DNA of 64,000 bases from an uncultured Gammaproteobacteria bacterium (GTDB lineage Bacteria > Pseudomonadota > Gammaproteobacteria > CAWCPV01), in contig CAWCPV010000017.1 in the NCBI GenBank assembly GCA_963797555.1, positions 1 through 64,000 of the forward strand, in the 5' to 3' direction. The notes under the pieces were generated by a model. It saw only the letters and a program-made list of their open reading frames with translations. It ran no database searches and was not told the DNA's origin. Positions 54,652-64,000 of this stretch are shown here, piece after piece (within the stretch, counting starts at the first letter, position 1; the number at the start of each line of letters is the position of its first letter). The position numbers and the translations under genes are program-made.

Positions 54652-57600
54652 TTACCGCATGGCCGGGACTTCAGGCCCGGTGCGCGCAGCGCATAGAGCT
54701 TCCAGCATGCTTCTCACGTAGCTGTCCCTGTCCTCCTCCTGAAAGAGGACGTGCCGTTTCTGCATCTCGCTCTTCTCCATATTCCAGAGCATCCTCATCG
54801 TGGCGGACGGCGTGTTCGAAACGATGAAGGACTGCAAGCGCACGTTGGGATCGCCGAGGCGCTGCTCGATCTCTTTGATGGTCTCATAGAACTGGATCTT
54901 GGGATCGGTCGGCCCGAGGTTCCGGATGCCCTTGGGGTCCACGAAAATCACGTGCTGCTGCCCGCCAGCGAGCAGCCAGAGAATGAAGTCGGGGTGAAAG
55001 TTTCCGGCCTCGAAGAAGCCGACGCCGCGGCCCTTGCTCAGGTTGCGCAGCAGGTAGAGCTCACGGGTATCGAAGAAGTCCGAGTTTCCGTCGTGGAACG
55101 CCTTCAGATCCTCCACGAACTGGCGCTCACCCTTGTTGAGCGGGGCGGGGCTGATCTCGACGATCTTCGAGTCCAGATAGAGCAGGGGCTGGTAGAGGTG
55201 CTTGCCGAACCAGATGGCCTTCAGGCCCCGGAACTCCCAAGGCTTGAGTTCGCCCCTCTCGATCGCGGCCTTGAGCTCTCCGAGCTTGGCGACGATCTCC
55301 TCCTGCGACTTATCGATCAGGATGCGGTAGTGGCCCTCGTCCGGTGATTCCTTCACACACAGGAAGTTCGGGTCGTCGCCCTCCAGGTCGCGATACTCCA
55401 GGTGCGGCAGTTCCCACTCGCGTTTGCGGAAGGTGTAGTAGCGCTCGGTGTACTTCTTGAGCAGCGAGGTGGCGATCTCTTCCCACAGCCGCATCCGTTC
55501 GAAGGAATCGAAGGCCAGCTCCTCGGCCGGAATCAGCAGGCGGTACCAGCTCTGATCCGCCAGCAACGCCTCGATTCCCGGGCGCGTCAGGTTGAGGTTG
55601 TACCAGCCGCGCTCCGCCTTGAATCGCTCGAGTTCGAAGTAAAGGCGATCGACATCGAGGAAGGCCAGATGCCGGGCGCTCAGGTGGGTCTGGTTGGGTG
55701 CGGCGTCCGCGTCGCCGCCCACCAGGCCCCCCGACTTCATCGCCTGGATCTTCGGGTACCAGTTGAGCACGACCTGGTTCTTTTGCAGGTACCCCGTGCC
55801 CGGATCGCGGGCCGGGTCCGGCTTGGCCAGCATAGGTATGGGCGCAAGCTTGCGGAATGCATCGCCGAACTCGGTGCTCACACCGTTGATGGTCTTCTTG
55901 AGGCGGATCGTCTTGAGCTTCCGCGTGCCCAGGTTCTTGATCACCGGCAGCAGGAACTCGTCGCGGTCGTCGTTGGTGGGCAGGCCCTCCTCTTCAAGGA
56001 AGTCGCGGAACTGGGTCATGTAGTCGGCGTGGATGCCGAAGATGCCGAGCGTCTCCAGGACGTTGAGGTGCTTGGGCCGCTCGACGCCTTCCGGCAGATC
56101 CGTCTTGCCGCTGCGCTTGAGGCTCAGGTCATAGCCCTTGAGCCGCACGCCGCGGCCGAACAGCTGGATGATCTGCGCGCCTTCCCCCTTGCCGACATTC
56201 ATCAGGCCCATGGTCGATACGCGCCAGCTGCTCCACCCTTCGGTGAACTTCTTCGAGCCGATCAGCAGGTTCACCGGCGAATGCGGCTTGTTGATCTCGT
56301 GGAACAGGGACCCCGAGAACTCGCGCTCGCCGGTGGCCAAGCCTTTCTCCTCGCACAGCTTCACCAGCTTGGCGTCGTCGCCCACGTTGATGACGCCGAA
56401 GGCCTCGTTTTCGGCGCCCAGCCGCAGCGCCACTTCGCCGGTCGCTCCTTTCAGATTCTCGACGTAGAGCTGGCCGCCGCCCGGCGCGTTGAAGAGCGTT
56501 GCAAGTGTCTCTTCGAAGATCTGCGCCGGCGAGAGTCTGCAGGTGTTGAGATACGTGAAGCGCCCGGCAAACAGATTCTTGCGTGTCGCGGTGACAAGCC
56601 CCTGGCTCAGCACCCGCTCGATGCGTTGAATGCTATCCGCCCGATCTGCCACATAGCGGGCCAGGAACTGCAAGATCTCCACGATATCCGAGGCGTCCCG
56701 CGTGGCCAGCGTCGCCGTCACGCTGCTGCCTACGAAGATCCACAGCGGCTTCTCGATGTTGAAGGGCCGGAAGGTCGCGCCTTGCTCGCGGTAGAGCCGC
56801 TGCTGCTGGAAGAACGAGAGCAGGCAAGCCACCAGATACAGATCGAGGTGGTTCCGCTGCGTTCCCTCGTCGAGGTTGAGGATCTGGTAGTCCTTCCCGA
56901 AGCCGTCGCCGTAGAAGTAGCGGTACGAGTAGTCGAACAGCGTACTCTTGGCGTACAGCTCGATAAGCGATGGCTTGCCCTTGAGCGATGGCTTGCCCTT
57001 GACCGCCTGCCCGAAGGTGGCCGAGTACTCGAACGAGAACCCCTTCTCGCAAAGCCTCTTACGCGCATCCATCCACGCACCCTCTTCGCCGCCGCTGGCG
57101 CCGCGGTGCCCCTCATCCACCAGCACCAGATTATTGCCCTCGAAGGCGTCGATGGCGATGGTCTTGTCGCCCATGTCTTCGCGGAGCTTGGTGACCTCGA
57201 GGATCTCGACCGCACGCCCAGTGAACAGTCCGCGCCCATTCTTGTTAAACAGTTCCGCGTCGATGCCCGCTACTTCGAACTCGCGCAGATGCTGCTGCGA
57301 GAGGCCCTCGTTCGGCGTGAGCAGCAGGATGCGGTTCAGCTCGCGCCGCCGGCCGTGCCGGTTCATGGCGTGCTGGTACTGGAGGATGTTGGCGTGCATC
57401 AACAGCGTCTTGCCGCTGCCGGTGGCCATCCAGAAGGCGAGCTTATTGAGCTGCGGCCAAGCCTCGGCGGCCCCGTCGAAGGGCGCGATCTGGTCGGCCT
57501 CGGGCTTGTCCGCGTTGTAGACGCCCACCTGCGCGTTCAGCGCCGCGAGCAGCGCCTTGGGATCGCGGAAGTAGCGGTCGAGGTAGATCTCGGTGAATAG

Positions 57601-57969
57601 CAAGGTCAGGTACTGGAAGTACTTCCATACAATCGGCTCCTCGCCGCGCATGAGACGCCGCTCGTTCAGCCGCTGTGTGTGTCGGACGATGTTCTGGTCG
57701 TATTCGAGCAGCAGTTCGGTGGGCAGTTGCGTCAGGTTGAAGAACTGGGCCGTGAGTGCGTGGTGGAAGTGGTGGATGTTGTTCTCGTCCAGCCCTTCCA
57801 TCGCCTCGTTCCTCAGGTGTTCGGCCAGATCCTCGAAGCGCTTCACGTTGAACAGCGACAGCAGCCACTGGTTCAGCACCAGCTTGTAGGCGAACGGCAC
57901 CTGCGGCCGGTTGTTGGAGCGGCCGCGCGCTGCTGTGGCATTTTTCGCGGGGCGTTCTCGTGCCATCAC
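54652..57969 (-). CDS. Type III restriction enzyme Res subunit
   Basis: [28 protein letters not shown]-terminal PDF...VDPKG nuclease. Confidence 0.9.
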   Translation of the reverse strand: MMARERPAKNATAARGRSNNRPQVPFAYKLVLNQWLLSLFNVKRFEDLAEHLRNEAMEGLDENNIHHFHHALTAQFFNLTQLPTELLLEYDQNIVRHTQRLNERRLMRGEEPIVWKYFQYLTLLFTEIYLDRYFRDPKALLAALNAQVGVYNADKPEADQIAPFDGAAEAWPQLNKLAFWMATGSGKTLLMHANILQYQHAMNRHGRRRELNRILLLTPNEGLSQQHLREFEVAGIDAELFNKNGRGLFTGRAVEILEVTKLREDMGDKTIAIDAFEGNNLVLVDEGHRGASGGEEGAWMDARKRLCEKGFSFEYSATFGQAVKGKPSLKGKPSLIELYAKSTLFDYSYRYFYGDGFGKDYQILNLDEGTQRNHLDLYLVACLLSFFQQQRLYREQGATFRPFNIEKPLWIFVGSSVTATLATRDASDIVEILQFLARYVADRADSIQRIERVLSQGLVTATRKNLFAGRFTYLNTCRLSPAQIFEETLATLFNAPGGGQLYVENLKGATGEVALRLGAENEAFGVINVGDDAKLVKLCEEKGLATGEREFSGSLFHEINKPHSPVNLLIGSKKFTEGWSSWRVSTMGLMNVGKGEGAQIIQLFGRGVRLKGYDLSLKRSGKTDLPEGVERPKHLNVLETLGIFGIHADYMTQFRDFLEEEGLPTNDDRDEFLLPVIKNLGTRKLKTIRLKKTINGVSTEFGDAFRKLAPIPMLAKPDPARDPGTGYLQKNQVVLNWYPKIQAMKSGGLVGGDADAAPNQTHLSARHLAFLDVDRLYFELERFKAERGWYNLNLTRPGIEALLADQSWYRLLIPAEELAFDSFERMRLWEEIATSLLKKYTERYYTFRKREWELPHLEYRDLEGDDPNFLCVKESPDEGHYRILIDKSQEEIVAKLGELKAAIERGELKPWEFRGLKAIWFGKHLYQPLLYLDSKIVEISPAPLNKGERQFVEDLKAFHDGNSDFFDTRELYLLRNLSKGRGVGFFEAGNFHPDFILWLLAGGQQHVIFVDPKGIRNLGPTDPKIQFYETIKEIEQRLGDPNVRLQSFIVSNTPSATMRMLWNMEKSEMQKRHVLFQEEDRDSYVRSMLEALCAARTGPEVPAMR

Positions 57970-58014
57970 GTGCCATCCATTCCAAACATCACGCGAAGGG
58001 GAAGGGTGTATCCA

Positions 58015-59811
58015 TCACAGCGCCTCAAACCAAGTCTTGATCTTCTGGGCCATGAGCTTTCGGCGCACCTCTAGGAGGTCATCATATGTGGGAACCTCGC
58101 CATCGAGAAACGCGTCGGGCACGCAGTTCGCCCGCAGGTTGGCGCGCATCTCGGCCGCGTCGGTGATGCCGCCGTACTTTTTCTTGCCGCCGTTGCACTG
58201 CTCGGCCAGCTCCTGGAAGTAACACTCGGGCGGCTTGTCGCCGATGACGATATTGATCTCGCTTTGGGCTAGCACGAAGTTGGCGATCTGGTTGTAGCGT
58301 CCGCGTGAGAGACCTTGCGCCTTCAGGTGCTTCTTCGGGTAGACATGGTGGACGTCACTGCGGTTCATCAGCAGGTCGAGCACAGTAATGTCTCGCGAGA
58401 GAAAGCCTTTGTCGCCGAGCTTCACCTGCGCTGCCTGATAGCAGAGAAAGTACGGGCTTTGGGCGGAGGAGGTATCCATGAGCTGAGGCAGCATGCCGGT
58501 CCAGAAACTATCCGGCAACTCGTTCTCGATCACCGACTCGGCGTAGCTCAGGAGGCCGCGTGCCTCCACTTGGCGGATGTCGAAGTCGAAGGCGGTCTCT
58601 GGGGCGCCCGTGTAGCGCCCGCGCAGCACAGACATGGCGTACCAACGCCGCACCAGCCGCTCGAGATCGGCTGCCGGCATACCGTCCGCCCGCCCGCGCA
58701 GGTAAACGATGTAGGCGAAGTTGACGGCGTTACGGCCGCCGATCAGGTTGCTCGTCACGAATCCTGCGGAGCGCAGGATCATCGTGATTCGTTCAGAGTG
58801 CGTCTTGTTGATGAAGGCCAGGACGCCTTTTTTGAGCCGAGCGAAGGACTCCTCGGCAATGGCCTCCTCGAACTGCTTGGTCTCAAAGTTGCGGCCCGAG
58901 AGCAGCGCCACCAAGTCCTGCAGCTTGCCACGCCGGAACTCGGAGGTGAACGCCACGCGCAGCATATCGGTGTAGGTTGGGTCGTAGATATCATCGTTCG
59001 TGTCCTTGAGCCAGCGCATCTGGGGCAGGAACTCGGAGGCAGCGAAAGCCTTGTCGTTCTTCTCAATGGTGGGCAGGAACTCCGGGGCGACCGCAAGGTG
59101 GCAGAAGTAGTCGATCGCCTTGCGCAGAAGGTTCCCGCCGTAAGTCTCGTTGACCGCGATCTTCGACATGGCGAAGTCGGCCTGCGAGAGCTCGGTTCCA
59201 GCCGAGTTCACGCGGATGAAGATCTCGGTGACGGTCTCAATGTCGAGGTCGTCGGCCAGCTCGATCACGCCAACGTGGTTGTTGATGATCTTGCGGAGTC
59301 TCTCGATGCTTGCGAAGACGGCGTCCTGGGACACGCCCGGGTTCTTTGAGCAGTGGTTGCCGACAAGGTGAAATACGCTCGTCGTGGGCGCGAAGACCTC
59401 GGCAACGTCTTCGATCCAGGCCACGTCCTTGCGGATAGCGGGGTTGGCGACCTCAAACCTCTCATCCTGGGGGTGAAAGGCGATGCGGATACGGACGGTC
59501 TCGTACTCCTTGGTGAGCACCTCGCGACCGAGCAGCGCCGCCATGAGCGCTGTGACGCGCTGCTGGCCGTCGATAAGAATGCGCTTGCCGGCGGACGGCG
59601 TGCCGTCCTTGAGCTTTACTGTGGGATTTCGCCATGCAATCAGGTAGCCGACCGGGTAGCCTTGGTAGAGCGAGTCGAGCAGGTTGCGAACCTTGGTCGC
59701 CTCCCACACGAAGGGCCGCTGGATCTCAGGGATGGCGATCTCCCCCGACTTGACCCAAGTAAGGATAGTCTCGATGGGATGTGGGGTGACGGAATAGCGT
59801 TGCGTGGACAT
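58015..59811 (-). CDS. GmrSD-like DUF262 restriction protein with C-terminal HNH-like domain
   Basis: [33 protein letters not shown]. Confidence 0.88.
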   Translation of the reverse strand: MSTQRYSVTPHPIETILTWVKSGEIAIPEIQRPFVWEATKVRNLLDSLYQGYPVGYLIAWRNPTVKLKDGTPSAGKRILIDGQQRVTALMAALLGREVLTKEYETVRIRIAFHPQDERFEVANPAIRKDVAWIEDVAEVFAPTTSVFHLVGNHCSKNPGVSQDAVFASIERLRKIINNHVGVIELADDLDIETVTEIFIRVNSAGTELSQADFAMSKIAVNETYGGNLLRKAIDYFCHLAVAPEFLPTIEKNDKAFAASEFLPQMRWLKDTNDDIYDPTYTDMLRVAFTSEFRRGKLQDLVALLSGRNFETKQFEEAIAEESFARLKKGVLAFINKTHSERITMILRSAGFVTSNLIGGRNAVNFAYIVYLRGRADGMPAADLERLVRRWYAMSVLRGRYTGAPETAFDFDIRQVEARGLLSYAESVIENELPDSFWTGMLPQLMDTSSAQSPYFLCYQAAQVKLGDKGFLSRDITVLDLLMNRSDVHHVYPKKHLKAQGLSRGRYNQIANFVLAQSEINIVIGDKPPECYFQELAEQCNGGKKKYGGITDAAEMRANLRANCVPDAFLDGEVPTYDDLLEVRRKLMAQKIKTWFEAL

Positions 59812-59814
59812 GGG

Positions 59815-60880
59815 TCAGACCCTCTCCATTTCGAACATCAGCCGGTGGAAGTCCTCTTCGATCAGCCGCACCTTCCACAGGTCGTCGGGGGTCTTGAGGT
59901 TCTCTAGATTGTTGCCGCCGTTGACGTAGATGAGGTCGAACTCACTGTCTTTGGCCGAGTATCCCTGCTTGGTGAACCATTCGTCGAGCACTAGATTGTC
60001 CTGCTCCGGCTCGCCGGTGAGCTTGCGCCAGATGATGAGCGTCTTGCGGCCGTCGGGCGTGGTACCGGTGACGGTGCGGAACCAGTGCGGGCCGTCCGCC
60101 TCCTGCTTGAGCCGGCCCTTCAGGCGCAGGCGCTTTTCGCTGTCGCGCTCGAACGCGGCGCTGAAGGTCTGCGGCGCGGCGATGTGCTTCACGGTGAGGC
60201 CGATCAGCCAGTTGAAGGTCTCCAGTAGATCGACGTTGACCTCGCGGCTTTCGTCCGATCCGGGACGCTTTACCTTGAGCTTGTAGGCCGTTGGGTCGGT
60301 GAAGGCCTGCACGTTGAGCAGCGACTGGCTGCCGCGCGTCTCGACGTCGAGCATGTAGCGCAGGATGTACTGCTCCCTGAGGCCGTCCGCCCCTTGCGCC
60401 TCGGCGGCGTCGAGCAACAGTTGCTGCTTGTCGAGGCGACGGGTCTCTAGGTTATTGAGCGCGTCTTCGTAGGATTCGAGACGAAGGACCTTGACGATGC
60501 GCGGGCTGCGCTCGGCTTCCTCGGGCGTGGCGAGGCGCTTCGGCTTGCCGTTCTCCCAGTCTGGACTGAAGATCACCTTCTTCACACGGGGAACAAGAAC
60601 GTCGTCGAAATAGTCTCCCATCTCGATCAGCAGGCACGACCGTGTACTGGCGTCACGTCTGTTTGCATCCCACACAGCCTGCGCTGTTGTTCCAGAACCT
60701 GCGAAGAAATCGAGGACAACATCGGATCCACCAGTCGTTTGGCGAACGAAACGTTCTATGAGACCGGGCGGCTTGGGGTTGTCGATCAGCCCATGGCGTT
60801 ATACACATCTCCCCGTAGCTAGGGCTGCTGCCCCTCTGGGCACAGCCCCAGGAAGCTGATTCAATGCCCCCATCGTTCAC
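59815..60880 (-). pseudogene. Type III R-M Mod methyltransferase, C-terminal part only
   Basis: [39 protein letters not shown]; 5' part replaced by IS DNA. Confidence 0.88.
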
Positions 60881-60900
60881 CAGGTGACGAGGGGGAGCAG

Positions 60901-61773
60901 ATGGAGAAGGGGTTGCCGAGGTGGTTGGGTGGGCGCGTGCTGAGCGCGGGGGAGCTTGAGAGCATACGGCGGGAGGCTCGGCTGGCGGAGCCCCGAGTGC
61001 GAGCCGAGGTGGCGCGGCGGGTGTGTCGGGTGCTGGGGTGGACCGATGCAGCCGGTAGGCCCAAGCTGATGAGCTGTCGAGTCGGGCTGCTGCGGCTGCA
61101 TCGGGCAGGCTGGATCGAGCTGCCGGCGCCGCGCAACGGTAACGGCAATGGGAAGGGGCTGTCGCGCGAGCCGCAAGATTGGCCCGCTGAGGTACCGGTG
61201 GTGGGCGCAGTGCGGGATTTGCAGGGTCTGCACTTGGCGCCGGTTGCTGACCCGGCGGACTCGGCGCTGTGGAATGGGCTCATCGACCGGTACCATTATT
61301 TGGGCTACCGGCCGCTGCCCGGTGCCCAGCTGCGCTATCTGATTCGCTGGGACGCGGGTGTGGTGGGGGCCATGGGCTTCGGGGCCGCGGCCTGGAAGGT
61401 GGGCGTGCGCGACCGCTGGATTGGCTGGGATGCGCCAAGCCGTGCGCAGCACCTGGGGCAGGTGCTGAACCATGCGCGGTTTCTCATTCTGCCGTGGGTG
61501 CGGGTGGCGAACCTGGCCTCCAAGGTCCTCGGGCGGGCCGCGCGGCAGGTGCCGGGCGAGTTCGAAGAGCGCTACGGGGTACGCCCGGTGCTGCTGGAGA
61601 CCTTTGTCGAGGCCGGCCGGTTCGCGGGCACCTGCTACCGGGCGGCCAACTGGCATCATCTGGGGCAGACCACCGGGCGGGGCAAGCTCGACCGTGAGGC
61701 GCTGCCCATCAAGGATGTCTATGTGTATCCGCTCGATGGCCGCTTTCGCCGGGCGCTCGGGGGAGCCGCATGA
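60901..61773 (+). CDS. DUF4338 (Druantia DruA-like) protein
   Basis: YHYLGY..LPGAQLRYL, RDRWIGW, RFLILPWV..NLAS, LLETFV, GTCYRAANW. Confidence 0.88.
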   Translation: MEKGLPRWLGGRVLSAGELESIRREARLAEPRVRAEVARRVCRVLGWTDAAGRPKLMSCRVGLLRLHRAGWIELPAPRNGNGNGKGLSREPQDWPAEVPVVGAVRDLQGLHLAPVADPADSALWNGLIDRYHYLGYRPLPGAQLRYLIRWDAGVVGAMGFGAAAWKVGVRDRWIGWDAPSRAQHLGQVLNHARFLILPWVRVANLASKVLGRAARQVPGEFEERYGVRPVLLETFVEAGRFAGTCYRAANWHHLGQTTGRGKLDREALPIKDVYVYPLDGRFRRALGGAA

Positions 61774-64000
61774 ATGCCCTGGCCGAGGAGCTGGCCGCCA
61801 TCGACTTGGGTGATGCGCGCCTCAACCGCCGGGCGCGACGCACCCTGGAGAAGCTGGGAGCCCATCCCATGCAGAGCATTCCCACCGCCTGTGGCGGCTG
61901 GGCCGAGACCTTGGCGGCTTATCGGCTGTTCGACCATCCCCAGGTCACCGCCCAGGCGGTGCTCGAGCCCCATTACGCCTGCACCGAGCAGCGTATGCGC
62001 GAATACTCGGTGGTGCTGTGCATCCAAGACACCACGGAAGGGGACTATAGCGGCAAGAACGACATCGTCGGGCTGGGCCCGCTCAACTACGAGACCCGCC
62101 GTGGATTGTACCTGCACCCCACCCTCGCCGTGACCCCCGAGCGGGTGCCCTTGGGGCTATTGGATCTATGGAGCTGGACCCGCGAGGCGGGCAGTCTGGG
62201 CAAGGAGCAGGGCCGCCGGCCCATCGAGGAAAAAGAGAGCCTGCGCTGGCTGGAGGGTTATCGACGCGTCTCGGAGCTCATCGAGTCCCTGCCCGAGACC
62301 CAGTTGGTCTATGTCGCCGACCGCGAGGCCGACATCTACGAGGTGCTCGCGGAACGCGCCGCCACGCAGCCCTGCGCCGAGTGGCTCATCCGCGCCGAGC
62401 GCGCCCGGCTCGCAAGCGCGCCGGTGCTGGCCGAGGCCGAATTCGACCTGCCCGCCACCGTGGGAGGAGGGATTCGCTCTGACCGAGCGCCTCGGGCAAC
62501 TGGGCAATGTTCTCTAACGCCGGCGCAATCTCCTGTTTGTCATTGGGGTGCTGGGTGACGTGGTGCTCCACGATGAGATGCGTCTCGACATCCACCCCGG
62601 CCTGCACGTTGTAGGCCTGTTGAACCTCCACTGGAGGTGGGCATGATGCGTGATTCTTCATCGTCAGATTGACTTGGTTTGGCCTGCGGGCCAGGTGTCG
62701 GAGGACTCGGCGCCTTGCCCGAGCCTTTGCGGTGTGTTTCATAGACCTCGCGCTTGGCCTGCTTCTGTTGAACTCCGCCTGCTCGCGCTCAAAACGCGCC
62801 TGCGCCGGGTGGATCTCCTCTTTCGCCGGGCAATCGCCGCCAGTCGCTCTTCGCGACGCTTGATCTCGGCGGGAATATCCATCTCCTCCGCCAGTGAGCT
62901 CGGTGGCCTGCTCGGCAAAGCGCATCAGGGCTTGCACTTCCTCCTGAAGCTGCGCCTCGAGCGGTTCGCGTACTCCCAACTCAGCGCCTTATGCTTGCTG
63001 GCGTTTGCTTTGACTTGCTCCATCCAGCGCAATCGTGCCAGCTTCACCAGCCCCATCTCTGCCGCCACCAGCAAGATCTCGACAAACAGCCCCTCCAGCT
63101 CCTTCAGAAACCGCCTGCGGAATTGCGCGATGGTGTCATGGTCGGGTGCGTGTTGGCACAGATATACCGAAACGCGATCGAATCATGGGTGCCTTCTCCA
63201 GCTTGCGACTGGAAAACACCCCCGTGGCATAGCGTAGAACAGCAACGCCACTAACATCGCCGGGTGGTAGGGCTTCGACCCCTTACCCCCGTACACCGCC
63301 GACAAATGCCTCAGCTCCAACTGCTCCACAATCTCCACCACAAATCGAGCCAAGTGCCCTTCCGGGAGATAGTCCTGCACGCAAGGCGGGAAAATATCCG
63401 GGGTATCGCGGTCTATCGGGATGAATTCAACAGCCATCTTGCTCCCCAGGCGGTGGCCCGCTACAGTGCGCCTATTCTACCCCCAGTGGCTCCAAGTCCA
63501 CAGCCTCCTAGGCGTCCGGCGCGGCGCATCCACCAGCAACTGCGCGTCGCACGCCTCACTTTCAAGGCCCCGCATCGCTCGGACCGCACCCTGGCGGACA
63601 TCGAGGTGAGCGCCGTGCTGGCCCGCGAGGTGGACCCGCCCCAGGGCGAGGAGCCCATCGAGTGGCTGCTCCTCACCAGCCTCCCCGTCGAGACCGCCGA
63701 GCAGGCCCTGGAGAAGCTCCAATGGTACCTCTGCCGGTGGCAAATCGAGGTGTTCTTCAGAGATCCTCAAAAGCGGCTGCCGCATCGAGAAGCTGCAGCT
63801 CGAGACCCTCGAACGCCTGGAGCCCGCGCTCGCCTTCTACCTCATCATCGCCTGGCGGGTGCTCTACCTCACCCTGCTCGGGCGCGACTGCCCGCAGATG
63901 CCCTGCAACGTGGTGTTCGCCGAGGAGGAATGGCGCGCGGTGTATATCGTCACCAAGCGCCAGCCCCCGCCTGAGACACCCCCCTCGCTCGATGCGATGG
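61770..64000 (+). mobile_element. IS4-family (IS50/Tn5-like) transposase, interrupted by IS1182 and running off the window
   Basis: LGDARLNRR, IQDTT, VADREADI, WLLLT, YLCRWQIEVFF. Confidence 0.88.
62465..63507 (-). mobile_element. IS1182-family remnant
   Basis: LPEGHLARFV, PYHPAMLVALLFY, QAYNVQ; GAGGCTGTGGAC end. Confidence 0.82.

Noticed and set aside
55402-59349. Long plus-strand ORFs (732 and 344 aa)
   Set aside because: Antisense shadows of res and the DUF262 gene, common in high-GC DNA.
60901-61773. Druantia defence system
   Set aside because: No DruE helicase or other dru genes; the context is an IS.

Overview
GC-rich proteobacterial-looking accessory region, heavily eroded by IS elements, frameshifts and short internal deletions. 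From left to right: (1) a minus-strand type III-A CRISPR-Cas locus (5'-truncated cas10, csm2-5, a 23-repeat array inside the operon, then a CARF-HEPN Csm6-like effector); (2) a nest of IS elements (ISL3 x2, IS1380, IS630, unclassified transposases); (3) an ~18.6 kb xanthomonadin/aryl-polyene-type type II PKS cluster with halogenase and chorismatase, bounded closely by two direct-orientation remnants of one unclassified mobile element; (4) a patchwork island with thermonuclease, phasin, protease, IS1634::IS66, delta-class carbonic anhydrase, two H-NS N-terminal-like ORFs, a tRNA-Thr att core with arm-like repeats, a GGA-rich tract and an IS91-integrase element; (5) a type III R-M plus GmrSD-like defence locus whose mod gene is cut by a DUF4338-IS4 element. 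All calls come from reading motifs by eye; no database search was run, and many frameshifts may be sequencing errors.
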